A stretch of DNA of 61,952 nucleotides, filler included, from Sphacelaria rigidula (lineage: Eukaryota): the NCBI GenBank assembly GCA_964200075.2. It is 8 parts of 8 records of this genome, joined end to end, with 100 filler letters (N's around TTAATTAATTAA, not from the genome) between each part and the next. Parts side by side here need not be neighbours in the genome. Positions count along the whole stretch, not along the records: positions 1 to 7,657 come from CAXNAA020013903.1; positions 7,758 to 15,414 come from CAXNAA020013904.1; 6 more parts are not named here. One strand, given 5' to 3'. The notes beneath the pieces were generated by a model, which did not search any database, had not been told where the DNA came from, and saw nothing but the letters and a program-made list of their open reading frames with translations. Below are positions 1 through 10,742 of this stretch, piece by piece (within the stretch, counting starts at the first letter, position 1; each line of letters begins with the position of its first letter). The position numbers and the translations under genes were made by a program.

Positions 1-626
1 TTCATTCACTGATTGACCGCTTTTCACTCTCAATCGTATTATTTACCCTCAATCTCACGAAAAAACTGTTGAATCATGAAACACAGTATGCAAACTATTC
101 GAGAGCGCACGTCCAACATATTACGCTTCACCATTTGCTCTGTTGTTTTTTTATGCCTGTGTTACCTGAAGCCCTCTAGTGTGGACATTCATATCGGAAA
201 ATATCCATTTCAAAAGGCGAATGTAGTGACATGGTTGTGTATTCCATTATAATACTTGATCCGGAAGTCGTCAGCAGCGCCAACTCTTACACCTTGCAGC
301 ACCAGAAATAGGCGGTACTCGCACGTTAACTGGCAAATTATGAGGACTCTATATATATTGTAAGGAATATGAGGGACGTTATTGGAAAGGCGAGCCTGCT
401 TCTGTGGCCACGGGTTCGAGAGATCGGACAAATGTGCGGAAATAATAGTACTAATGATGAAACTGATCGGTACTAATCTGTCAAACATCAAGAGACTGAT
501 TATACGGTATTGCTTATCTTTTCGGTAACTATCGGCTTGTTCTCGTTGCCTCCTGCCCCATCCGCCTACATTCGCTGCCCCATCCCTAAACCCGTGCAGG
601 CATACCCCCAAAATACAGGGCAGCAG

Positions 627-803
627 GTGATATCGATTCCCGATATCTTCTCTTTTCGGGTAACTGAAGAGGATCAGTTCCTTATCCTGGCATGCGATGG
701 AGTGTGGGATGTGCTGAGCAACCAGCAGGCAGTTTCCTACGTCCATCGTAGACTATTGGCTCACAGGGATGTCCAGAGGGCGGCGATTGAGCTGGTTGAC
801 AAG
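627..803 (+). CDS. PP2C (PPM-family) protein phosphatase, penultimate coding exon
   Basis: Translates as VISIPDIFSFRVTEEDQFLILACDGVWDVLSNQQAV...AAIELVDK, containing the PP2C FLILACDGVWDV motif. Bounded by cag| and aag|gt (phase 0). An alternative acceptor near 618 is possible. Confidence 0.92.
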
Positions 804-1130
804 GTATCCTGAAAATGCTACTGAAAAAATACATTTGGCAGCTTTCGCCGCCACACGATCAACATATCGTTGCCACGACACTAAACAAAGGATACTGAAA
901 AATGAGGTTAAACACTCAAATGGGGTTTAAGTCGCCTTCCGAAAACTCACATTTTGCGTGAAAACATTTTTGGAAAACAACCGACTGAGAATTTGTTTGG
1001 AATATTCAATGTCAGTCATTGGTAACGACCACTATCTATCGTAGGTTGTCGAAACAAGTAAGAAATCATTTGAGTGTTCCACAAATAGTCTGCGGTATAT
1101 TCTGCGGTACATTATGTTTCCAGAACAAGT

Positions 1131-2323
1131 TGTCGGGGGATTAATCGGGAGTTATCGGTTGTGATATCCCGTGAGTGTTCTAGACGTGTGGAAGTTCTGG
1201 AAGTACATTAGCTGATCGGTAGGCTCGCACACCTGATGCTCGCCCACCTGATCACTCCTCTACTACTTCTCTCCTCATACTCTTCTCTTCCATGAGTTAG
1301 AGTCTTTGGCCACAGAAGCGCCAAGTTCAATATCTCTATTCTCAAGTCAAATGACTTAATCGTCACTCTCTGCACCTCTGCATAAACTGTAGAAGACAGT
1401 TGCCACATCGACACACCATCAAGAGTGAAGCCATATTCCTTCAGATTATGAGCCTCGAGCTTCATCAATAAGCAGAGCAAGGAGTCACAGCGTCGTCAGC
1501 GATCAACACGTTCTCAAGAGGATCGGCACCGCTCTTCCAAGCAGAAGACGGACATCGCACCAACGGGAACTTCAAGTCCTTTCTCGTCAATCAAATTCAA
1601 GTTCTGTGGAGGTTCATCAAGATCAGGCACGTCGGCATCATCCACGTCGCCAAGACATCACTACAGCAGTTCAATGGAGTCAGCTCGAGACTACCTCTCC
1701 ACGCTCATCTCGCTAGTGAGCATCTTCGGTGATCAACAAGATCGACAATTGACCGCATCGCATCGGCAAGTTCCGAGCTATTCCCCCGCATTATTGTTGC
1801 GTGACAGTTGTTTTCGAGAAAAGAGAGAGACGTCGTCATCAGCAACGACACGCAGCTTCGTCGTCTTCAGCTACGACATCATCAGTTCGGCAGGTTCTTC
1901 TAGCAACTCTAGCCAAGAGGCAAGGACTTCGGATCCATCAAGCCTATCAACTGGCATTCGCAGCCAACACCCGTAGGTAACTCACACCTGGGTGCACATC
2001 GTCGTCTTCTGTTGAGGGACTGTCAGTTTTTCTTGAAATTTTTCTACGTCATCGTACGAATGCTGTACGAGTACACGTCATCTACACGGACGGCAACAGC
2101 AACAACAACAACAACAGCGGACAAGGTGGTAACAACAACAACACCAACGCGGCAGCATACACAGCAACAGCGACACCAGGGTTTACTACTGTGGTGGGAC
2201 ATTACAACACAGCCGGATCATCTACTCCAACTTCCGCGACTCCCACCACTCACCAGGCTTCAGATCCATCGCCTTCAGACCCTTCACCTCCTACTACCGG
2301 AATGGGTTACTTCGGTACATAAC
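1131..2323. mobile_element. Possible solo LTR or LTR-like repeat within the PP2C intron
   Basis: About 1.2 kb non-coding block starting TGTCG and ending ATAACA, compositionally distinct with CAA/CAG-rich runs. No matching TSD or PBS was found. Confidence 0.25.
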
Positions 2324-3089
2324 ATCCCTTGTCACGCAATGTTGCTGCGGTGTCTACAGTCATATATGCCTCCTTTGGTACATTCGAAACGGCTCTCACC
2401 AGGCGAGAAGAGGATGCTCTCGTCAGGTTCCTCCGGGCTTCATCAAAATTGTTTACGGAGTTTTTCGAACCCTCTCGAAAACTCCAAAGAGGGAATACTT
2501 TCATGAGAAGTAATGTGCCGCCGATGGTGTTTCGGAAAAGAATCCCGTTGCTGGAAATCTTTATATACAGATAACAAGAGGAAGTTTCATGGGTGGAAAC
2601 TCTCTATTCCTTGCGATGTTTTCCAAAACTCGAAAAAACCTCCGGCCCCATTTTTTACCAAGATGAGGGAATCCGATAAAGAGCAACTTTCCTCACGTCG
2701 TGAGAGCCGTGTCCGATTTACAAAGGGATATATACATATATACATATATATGGCTTTATATATCGGGGCAACGGTGTGCGACAAGGCGAGCTGGAGGCAG
2801 TTTCAACAGACAATTAAAATCACTTAGTTGTTGGTTGTTTTTTGTCTCACGTGAATTGGGCTTTTCGACAGGCGGGTCCAACCCCATTTCGTGATCCTCG
2901 GTTGCTTCATGAATATGGATACATCATTACGTATAAACTCGTGTCTCTGGGCATGGGCATAGAGCCTAGGTGGGGAAAACATCCAGTGGTGCTGACAACA
3001 GAAATGGATCGCATACAAATGTTTGAAATAGAAATGAAAAAATCACAACGTTTCGGGATATATACACACACCCAGCCATGCAGCTTGCG

Positions 3090-3370
3090 TTCTGTTGGGT
3101 ACGCACAGAACCGTTATTGGGGTATTTAACCGGGCGTTACCCGCACTTGGAATTCCTCTGAGTTCTGTACGGCTTTCTTACCCTTTCTTACCCGTACTGT
3201 GAAATTCTACAAGTTCTGTACAACTTCCTCACAATATCCGGGGCACGGGTATACCAGAGCCAAAATTGCCGGGTGCGGAACGGGTATGCGTACGGCTTCC
3301 GCACCCGCACCCGGGAATTCTCCTCCGTACCTGTCTCCGGCATACCCGTGCCCTACAAAACATAACATCT
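3090..3370. mobile_element. Fragment of the GTTCTGT-repeat MITE family
   Basis: Contains GTTCTGTA motifs and the end ACCCGTGCCCTACAAAACATAACA, which matches ACCCGTACCCTACGAAACACAACA near 61781-61804. Confidence 0.6.
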
Positions 3371-4579
3371 CAATCATGCGTAACACCGTCCTCTTGTGTC
3401 CCAGTATATGCAGCAGCTAGTATTTGCCAAGATAGTCGTGTGGTGTTGTTGATTTGGCGCGGCACAAAGGAGTGTCACAGCTCGGCATGCGTCATTTGTG
3501 TACATGTAATATGGGAGATCTCCAAAAAACTGAGTAACGAAAAAGGGGGAATGCGGGAATGGTCATCGACCAGTGATAGAAAGGCGACGCAAAAAAGTTG
3601 GAATGACATACATCACTCTTCCCTGCCAGCTGCGAAAAGAGGGCGCAAATATAAGTATTCCAGCGCTGGAGAGATAAGTTGGATAGTCTCGGTACGTTTT
3701 TTTGTTTTCGGTGGACGGGACCGGAACCAAAAGAATAAAGGGGGCGCGTGAAGAGAAATATACTTTTTTTTTCAAAGCGAACGCGTCTAAACTGAGCGAA
3801 TGTATTTTTGGTAAAAGCATTGTTCGTCGAAGTCTTGTGATGTGTTGGGATCACACCAATCATCTTCGTCAATCCTTAAGATGGAAGCGAAATTTGGTTC
3901 TTTTAGCGCTTGAGAGAAAACATGCACTCCGCCCCATGGTCCTGGGAAAGCATTTTTGTGAATTGAATTAAAAGAGAGAGGGCGGGGGAAATAGAATAAC
4001 GAGGGTGAAAGAAAGCGGTATGAAATATTGTGATTGTATGGGCACGAAATACATCCGACCGCGCCAGTTCCCAAGAGAGAAGCGAAATGAATTTCTCGTG
4101 TCAATCTAGAGAAGAGCGTTATTTCATCTATCTAATGATGGCCATAAATGTTTCTGAACCAAAAAAGAAACAAAAAAGGGAGGGAGCAAAAGGTAGGAAA
4201 ATAGGTATTTTGTAACCACATGGACTCATGCCTGTCAGCTCCCACTATAAAAAAAAGTGAAGTAATAGAGTTTTCTCAGCGCTCGGGAGCACAATTACAG
4301 TCTATCTAATGTTCTTGGGGGACTGATATTTACTGAGCGAACTAAAAGATGCGGAGGGGGGGGAAGGCAACGTGAATAAAAGTACGCGAGGAAAATAAAG
4401 TTAAGGAAATCTTGGAACGAGAGAGAAAGCGAAAATGGAAGTATTCCAGCGCTCGACAGGAGAGCTGTTACTGCGGTAATACTGAGCACGTAATCGATAT
4501 AATTTCACGATTCAGATAAAACTCAGAAGTTTGAAACACAATCACACAGTGTACTATTCATTTTCCTTTCTTTTTATTC

Positions 4580-4650
4580 GCCCCGGTGCTCTACAGTAAT
4601 GGTCCGACTGTCACCATTAGGGTGGAGAGAACGAAGGTTCGAGTCTTCTT
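4580..4650 (+). mobile_element. Degenerate tRNA-derived SINE head (family 1)
   Basis: Shares GTAATGGTCCGACTGTCACCATTAGGGTGGAG and a GGTTCGA B-box with the copy at 46314-46392. Confidence 0.65.
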
Positions 4651-4654
4651 GGGA

Positions 4655-4903
4655 ACACTTTCTACGATAGCCCCCCCCCCCAAACGTGCATGTTTTTGGG
4701 GGGTAAAATCTACACGTAAATCGAAATGGGAAAACCCGAGCACAACGAGCAGCTGGGAATTCCCACGCTTGGGTTCGCCCTAGCCAATGTCTCCAATATG
4801 AAGCGCTTTATGCAGCCTGAACGCAAACATCAGGCGATGTATGGCCATGCTTTTAGTGACACTTTTGGGCTGGTTTTTGGAGGGGGGCTATCGTAGAAAG
4901 TGT
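4655..4903. mobile_element. MITE with about 21-bp perfect TIRs
   Basis: Begins ACACTTTCTACGATAGCCCCC and ends GGGGGCTATCGTAGAAAGTGT. A diverged second copy lies at 26688-26921. Confidence 0.8.
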
Positions 4904-5359
4904 CGACAACATATGATTTCCATCGTCCAAAGCATCACTACGTCAGGAAACAAACTATACTTGACTGAGTTTCTTCGATTTTATAATCCAACGATGCATA
5001 CGATTGGGTCACTGCGGCCACGAACATGAGCGAATGGCAAATAGGCATAGAAAAAGGTGCGGAATAGTTTGAGGACACGTGACGACGCGCGGACAAACGA
5101 GAATCAGACCGCCGTCACAAGCGAGAGGCTGCTGCATCGAGGGCTGCCAATCGAAGAATCCTGTCTGCTCATATTGGTTGTTGATTATGTCCTTAGTCGG
5201 TGGCTCCGCGGTGCCCACTGGTGTGTGTCTGTATCTACTCTGCTGCCCTGAATCCCTTCGTCTTGTCCCTTTTGAATAATTTTCTTCCGTTCTGCCTTTT
5301 GCTCATTTTTTTTTTTTAGGTCAGCCATCTCTTTCTGCGCTTTGCTATTGTCGAATTGT

Positions 5360-5397
5360 TTCTTCTTCTTCTTCTTCTTCTTCTTCTTCTTCTTCTT
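5360..5397. repeat. (CTT)n microsatellite in a pyrimidine tract
   Basis: Directly visible TTC repeat run. It explains the spurious poly-K and poly-E ORFs. Confidence 0.95.
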
Positions 5398-5439
5398 TTG
5401 ATTCTTCTCTCTCTCTCTTTTTTTTCTTTCCTTCTTTTG

Positions 5440-5620
5440 CTTCACGTCTTAGTCTACTACTGTATGTCGTTCTGTTCAACCTTTTTCTGTTCCTGCTTTT
5501 CTTGAGCGAGTGTTTCGGTTTTGCTACTCCTGTGTACATCTATCATGCGATCACGGCTGGACACATGGATGGTCAGTTTAAGTGCGACAATTAATCCATC
5601 AAATCGATCATTGATCAATC
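5440..5620 (+). mobile_element. (ATCA)n-tailed retroposon 3' end, diverged copy
   Basis: CACGGCTGGAC...GGTCAGTTTAAGTGCGACAAT followed by a degenerate ATCA tail. Homologous to copies at 17445, 18013, 48060 and 48540. Confidence 0.7.
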
Positions 5621-5844
5621 TTGTGACCACGGGCTCGTTTGGAGGAAGAGGAGGAATCCAAAGCCCAACGAAAATGTAGTGATAAGAAGAGTAATTGTTC
5701 CTGTTCCCTTTCTTTTGTGTGTCCTCGTTCTTCATCGTAAAGGATGCATTTTTGTATTCCCGTTTTTACGTGTACGATCTCCTTACCTGAAACCAACACT
5801 TCACAGGAGATCCTGAAAGATAGGAACAAGGTTTTTAGTGAAGC

Positions 5845-6092
5845 AACTAAATGCAGGCTGCAAATCATTTGCAAGATGATAAGTACGCTTCGGGCCGAAC
5901 AAATTTGGCAAGATGCAGCTCACCCTTCATGCGACTCGCCGAACACACCACAGCACTTCGCGCTTGGTGATTGATTGCAAGCGTGGTCCCGCGGAAACCA
6001 TGCGTGCTCCGTCCCGGTTTTGTAGTGATGCGAGGTCAATGGTCTTATGACTATGGCATGCAAGACCATGAGCACACCCCTCCCTCCCCCCC
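5845..6092 (+). mobile_element. C-tailed retroposon, subfamily A
   Basis: Shared core CATGCGACTCGCCGAACAC...GTGCTCCGTCCCGG...ATGACTATGGCATGCAAGACCATGAG followed by a C-run. Several copies occur in the window. Confidence 0.8.
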
Positions 6093-6154
6093 TAATCTCG
6101 GGCGTTGTCCATTCTCTTCCCCCGCCTTTCAAATCCCACATATGCTTATGGCAG

Positions 6155-6313
6155 GCTCTGGAAAAGTCAACTGATAACTGTAGCTGCATCGTGATCTGCC
6201 TGGGCCAAACAGCCCCGCCCTCGATATCACCAACAGCAAAAGGGGCAAAGCGCTCTCGTCGAGCGTCACCTCGCAAAAGCTCCACCGGCTTCACGTCTCG
6301 GGGCACTGCATAG
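6155..6313 (+). CDS. PP2C protein phosphatase, last coding exon
   Basis: After a pyrimidine tract and gcag| it reads ALEKSTDNCSCIVICLG...stop. This is the final metal-binding DN motif of PP2C, in phase 0 with exon 627-803 across a 5351-bp intron. Confidence 0.85.
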   Translation, partial: ALEKSTDNCSCIVICLGQTAPPSISPTAKGAKRSRRASPRKSSTGFTSRGTA

Positions 6314-7657
6314 GCAGAAACTAAGAAGTGGTTGTTTTTTATCGCATTCAACGATAACAACTCCCCGTGACTAGTTTTATTTTCATGTTTTCTGCCCTCA
6401 AGTGTGTCGAAAATGTATACATGTTTGCTGTGTTGTAGCAAACTCTAGTCCAAGCATTGTAGCAAAGTCCAGTCAAACACGAGTGTGTGAAGTATTTCAG
6501 CTTTGGTGTCGCGGAAAAATAGTTGAAGCCCCTGATGAGGCCTCTACTGTTTTCCGACTGCCGCATTCCTGAATATGTATTCTATCGAGGCATTGATTTA
6601 TCTTATTTCAATGCTTGGAATAATAGGAAACCGTGGAAAAGGGTTCGGCGGGAAGATTGCTCAAACCAGTGGACGCTATGGAGCCAGCGGGGTGTTCCAC
6701 TATGTTTCATGTTTTACTAACAACCGAGAGCGAAAGCGGGGCATGTAGGGGCGCTCTCCTATGCGGCAGACACCCTTAAGGCGCGAATCTCTGAGACATG
6801 TGATAATGAGGGACAGGAAGGCGTCGTAGATATGGTGCCGGCCATTTGGCCGTGACATCACTGATCCCGCCAGTGGTTCGATTTCTAGTATAGATTATTT
6901 TTCTCATCAACGTGGTTCACTAGAGAAGCGCTGTGTAAGGGACGAGGGACGTGCGCGGTAGATAACACCGTCATTCGAGGAGGGAGGAAACGGCTTATGA
7001 CAGTAGCTAGTGGTGGTGCGCAACATTCGGTGGCGTGGTATGATTTTTTTGCGGAATTATTCCGGATCGTCGAGGGTGTGAATGTCGGTAGTTTCAGGGC
7101 ACCCATGCGGTACCATTCTTACGACAAGGAAATAGCCAACTAACTATAAATCCCTCTTGATTTCACGTGGTCTCGCTCCACCAGTTTCGAACACCCCAGT
7201 GCCAGCCTCCTGCTAGGCAGCCTCCTTTGCTCGCCTGCTGGCTAATGCTACGATAACCCCCCCGAGCTCTCTCGTTAAGGCTGGGTTCTAACGTCGAACC
7301 GTTGTTCCTGTGTGATGTGATCAAAGACTGAAATCGCTGGTTATTGACGAATTCACAAGATGTGACAAGACGGTAGGAGACGTAGATTTGGGGTGGATTG
7401 AACTTATGTATACAGTCGTTACAGATAGCCGCGTCATGACTGTGTTGCGTTTTGAAGCAAGTACATAGTCGATAGATAACAGCAAATTGTGCGAATTGAG
7501 GTTTAACTCTGAGATGAGGCTCAAGCAGTCAACCCGACTTGCGACCTGTTTGTAGCAGAAGTACCTAGGACAAGCTCTTATTCGGAAGAAGTAACCTATG
7601 AAGGTGAACCCGTAACGCTTCATGTTCAGTCTGTCGAAGCATCGAGAGAAGTTAGTC

Positions 7658-7757
7658 NNNNNNNNNNNNNNNNNNNNNNNNNNNNNNNNNNNNNNNNNNN
7701 NTTAATTAATTAANNNNNNNNNNNNNNNNNNNNNNNNNNNNNNNNNNNNNNNNNNNN
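7658..7757. other. Artificial scaffold linker
   Basis: N44-TTAATTAATTAA-N44, a stop-in-all-frames spacer. Confidence 0.99.
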
Positions 7758-8129
7758 GTGGAGATCGCCGTAGATTTTGTTGCACACGGAATTTTGGTCA
7801 GCGGCCAATCTCGAAACCTCGGAGCCAAGCGAATCTGAAAAGTGGCCTCTCTGTGGGGTGATGCAAAGTGTCCAAGACGTGTGTTAGCGACTTTCCCTGT
7901 TTGGGGGTCAAAAGGAAGGTCACACGTCCCAAAAGTGAACAACCCGTGGGCCAAAAACCTCTGTGCCATAACGTACGGCCTTAGCTGCAGGAAAATTCAT
8001 CCAATGCGCAAATCACAAAACGGTCGCTCGTCGCACAACATACATTAACCCTAGAAAAGGTACTGGTGGACGGGCAAAGGGTTGACGTGTCGTTTCTTTC
8101 CCGAAAGCTATCAAGATGTTTACATTATA

Positions 8130-8352
8130 AAATTCGAATTCACGGTCGACGAGGGAAAGTGAGTGCCGAACCCCTCTCGCGATAAAAAAAAAAGAAGAAG
8201 CAAGCACCGCAAAAGAAAGCTGGAGAATCAAAGAAAGAAAGAAGGCCAAAAAAACGTTCCTGTGTTGGCCCTCCTCCTGTGTGACACCGGTTGGTGCGCC
8301 CACATATACCGGAAGGTGGAGACTGGTGTCCAGAATGATGAGATGTCGACAT
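8130..8352 (+). mobile_element. 5'-truncated tRNA-SINE family 2 copy
   Basis: GTCGACGAGG...CCTGTGTTGGCC...GGTGCGCCCAC...GAAGGTG...TCCAGA matches the reverse complement of 59118-59320. Confidence 0.75.
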
Positions 8353-10384
8353 ATTATACCACATATGGTATTTATTTCCGCTTGTTTTGTTTTGTTGTTT
8401 GTAATGACGTTATTGTTGCTAAAACGTGCTGTCGTCATTTTCACCTTCTGATTCTCGTTGAAAACAGGATGAGTACTACTTCGACCCCGCCCCTATCGCC
8501 AGGCCGAAGAAGCCGTGGGCGGCGTTGGCAGGCGTAGGCTCTACTCCCTCGTCCGCTGTGGACGATGCAGGACGCGACAATCAGGTCGGCGGCGGCTATG
8601 ACGGCGCGGAGGAAAAGAAGGTGATAATGACCCAGAGCTGAGTGTGTTGCCAGTACTACTCACCGGGGCGGTGAGGACGGCGTACCGCACGAGCGGTACC
8701 CCTTGTTTCCTGGGTAATTGCAGTGGCGGTTTCTCTCGCGTACCCATGGTGTCAATACCTCGGGTACCTTGCTCTACGTGGGATAACGACCTCGAACTTA
8801 CGATGATGCTCCCACACACATACTTTGATATTATCAGAAATCATATATCACACGTTTGCACTTCTCTCCCCAGGAATGTCCCGGTTCTGGGTGCCCAGCA
8901 GAATCGAACGCAGAGCACCGCGCGAACGTCCTCCACCACTTTTTGGTTTGGCAGTCAAGACTTGTCAACCTCCTTTTGTTCATGACACCGAGGTAAAAAC
9001 AGCCGCCTCGTTTGCCACAACAGGTGAGCTTCGGCGTGAGGACCGGAGGCGGCGGCGACAATAATGTACAAGATTCGACTGACCACAGCGCTTCCCCAGC
9101 GCTAATCACCAGCGAGATCCTGAGCCCCATCCCTGAGGAAGGTGCCGAAGAAGGGTCCGAGGAAGGGTCTCAAGACCTTCCCCCGGCCGCGAGCGAGATC
9201 TTGGAGAAGGAAGGAAGTGGGGATGCTTTGGTGGAGACGGAGCAAGACGACGGGCGGTCTTTCATGGAGGAGTTGGTAATGGAATACCCCGAGTTCCCGT
9301 GGTGGCCGGTGCTAGCTGCGACAATTGAAGCGGCGCTTGGGTCCATGTCGCTTGACGAGCTCAACGATCGCATGGCGGTGAGAAATGGTAGATTGAGAAA
9401 GGCTAACATTCTGTTTTGTCGGTTAGACCAGCAGGCTGAGAGGTTATTGATCGTTCAGAGCAAAAGATATTGAAGAAAACGGGTAGAACCCAAATATGCG
9501 TTTTTCTGTCGTCTGCGAGGGGTTCAGCACGTGCTCGAAGGTTGCACTCGGATACGTGTAGACCTGCTTCGCTTCATGCGCTAGCGCCGTTTTGGCATAG
9601 TTAACAACCGACGGAACTGCCAGACGAGGGAGGTCTTCCATCGCGTTGCTTTAGTGTTTGCGCTTGTCAAAACGCACACACTTACTCTATCCTTAGCCCT
9701 CTGTCCCGAATATGACGCTTGTGTTGTACCCGACCTTCACTGTCTCGGATGTCCGGCGAAACGATGGCGGACACGCAGATGCATGCGCCATCAGAAGAGC
9801 CGTACGTGGAGGAGCTAGACGGGCCAGATACGTTGGAGTATCCCCCTCCCGACGAAGTTCCGTTAGAGCATGAAGCCGCCATCCCGGCGCGCGTGATCGA
9901 TAAGCTTTTCAACGAGAGTAATGAGGAGGCCATGCTGGGAATCAGGGAGGTGCGGGGAAACCCTTTTGTAGTGACTGTATACTGCTGAAACGATTGACTT
10001 TTCATAGCTGACATGAGTTAACATTTGCGCGAGTTGATCGCAAAAATCCATGGTTGCCACACCCTGTTTTTTTGTCGAACCCGAACGGGTAGATCTATCC
10101 CTGAGCCCTCGATGACGAGGGGTAGAGAGGGCGGCTGCGGTGGGCAAAGTGTGCTTTTACAGAGAGCTTGAGTCAGGAAAACGCGTCCTGCGAACGCTAC
10201 TCTGCTAAGACTTGTCACTTTAATCCTCCACCTCTCCCGAAGGTTGGGTCCGAATGTGTTATTTTTTCGGCAATAAAAACCGCGTATTCGGTCAACCATG
10301 GGTCTTGGCGACCCAGCCGCGAGAACTGACGTACCTTGTGAGGTAATGGGATGTCGTCAGGCTAGAGAATATTATGCAAGGTGG

Positions 10385-10742
10385 AAAACCTTAACTCCGC
10401 GCAAGAGGGGATTATTACGACGTAATGTTCAAATGATGAGACGCCCATGAGGTAGTGTGTAACCCGTGGCTGTCTTTGAAAGTAGCGATACCAAAATGGG
10501 AAGCAAATCATTCAAGGCTGCCATCCACATGCAAGATAGCCGGTACGTTTCGGGCGGAACAATCTTGACAGGGTGTAGTTCGCTCTTCATTCGACTCGCC
10601 GAACGCATCATGGCGCTTCGCGCTTGGTGATTGCAACCCTGGTCTGGCCAAAACCCGGCGTGCTCCATCCCGGCTTTGTGGGGATGTGAGGTCAGTCAGT
10701 GGTCTTATGACCAAGGTGTGCAAAATCATGAGTAGCTCCCCC
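10385..10742 (+). mobile_element. C-tailed retroposon, subfamily A (long copy)
   Basis: Colinear with 41995-42361 from the AACTCCGCGC start to the ATCATGAGTA...CCCCC end. Confidence 0.8.

Noticed and set aside
5185..5539. Poly-Lys and poly-Glu ORFs
   Set aside because: They are antisense translations of a (CTT)n tract inside the PP2C intron.
7702..7713. TTAATTAATTAA motif recurring every about 7757 bp
   Set aside because: It is embedded in N runs and is an assembly spacer, not a biological periodic site.
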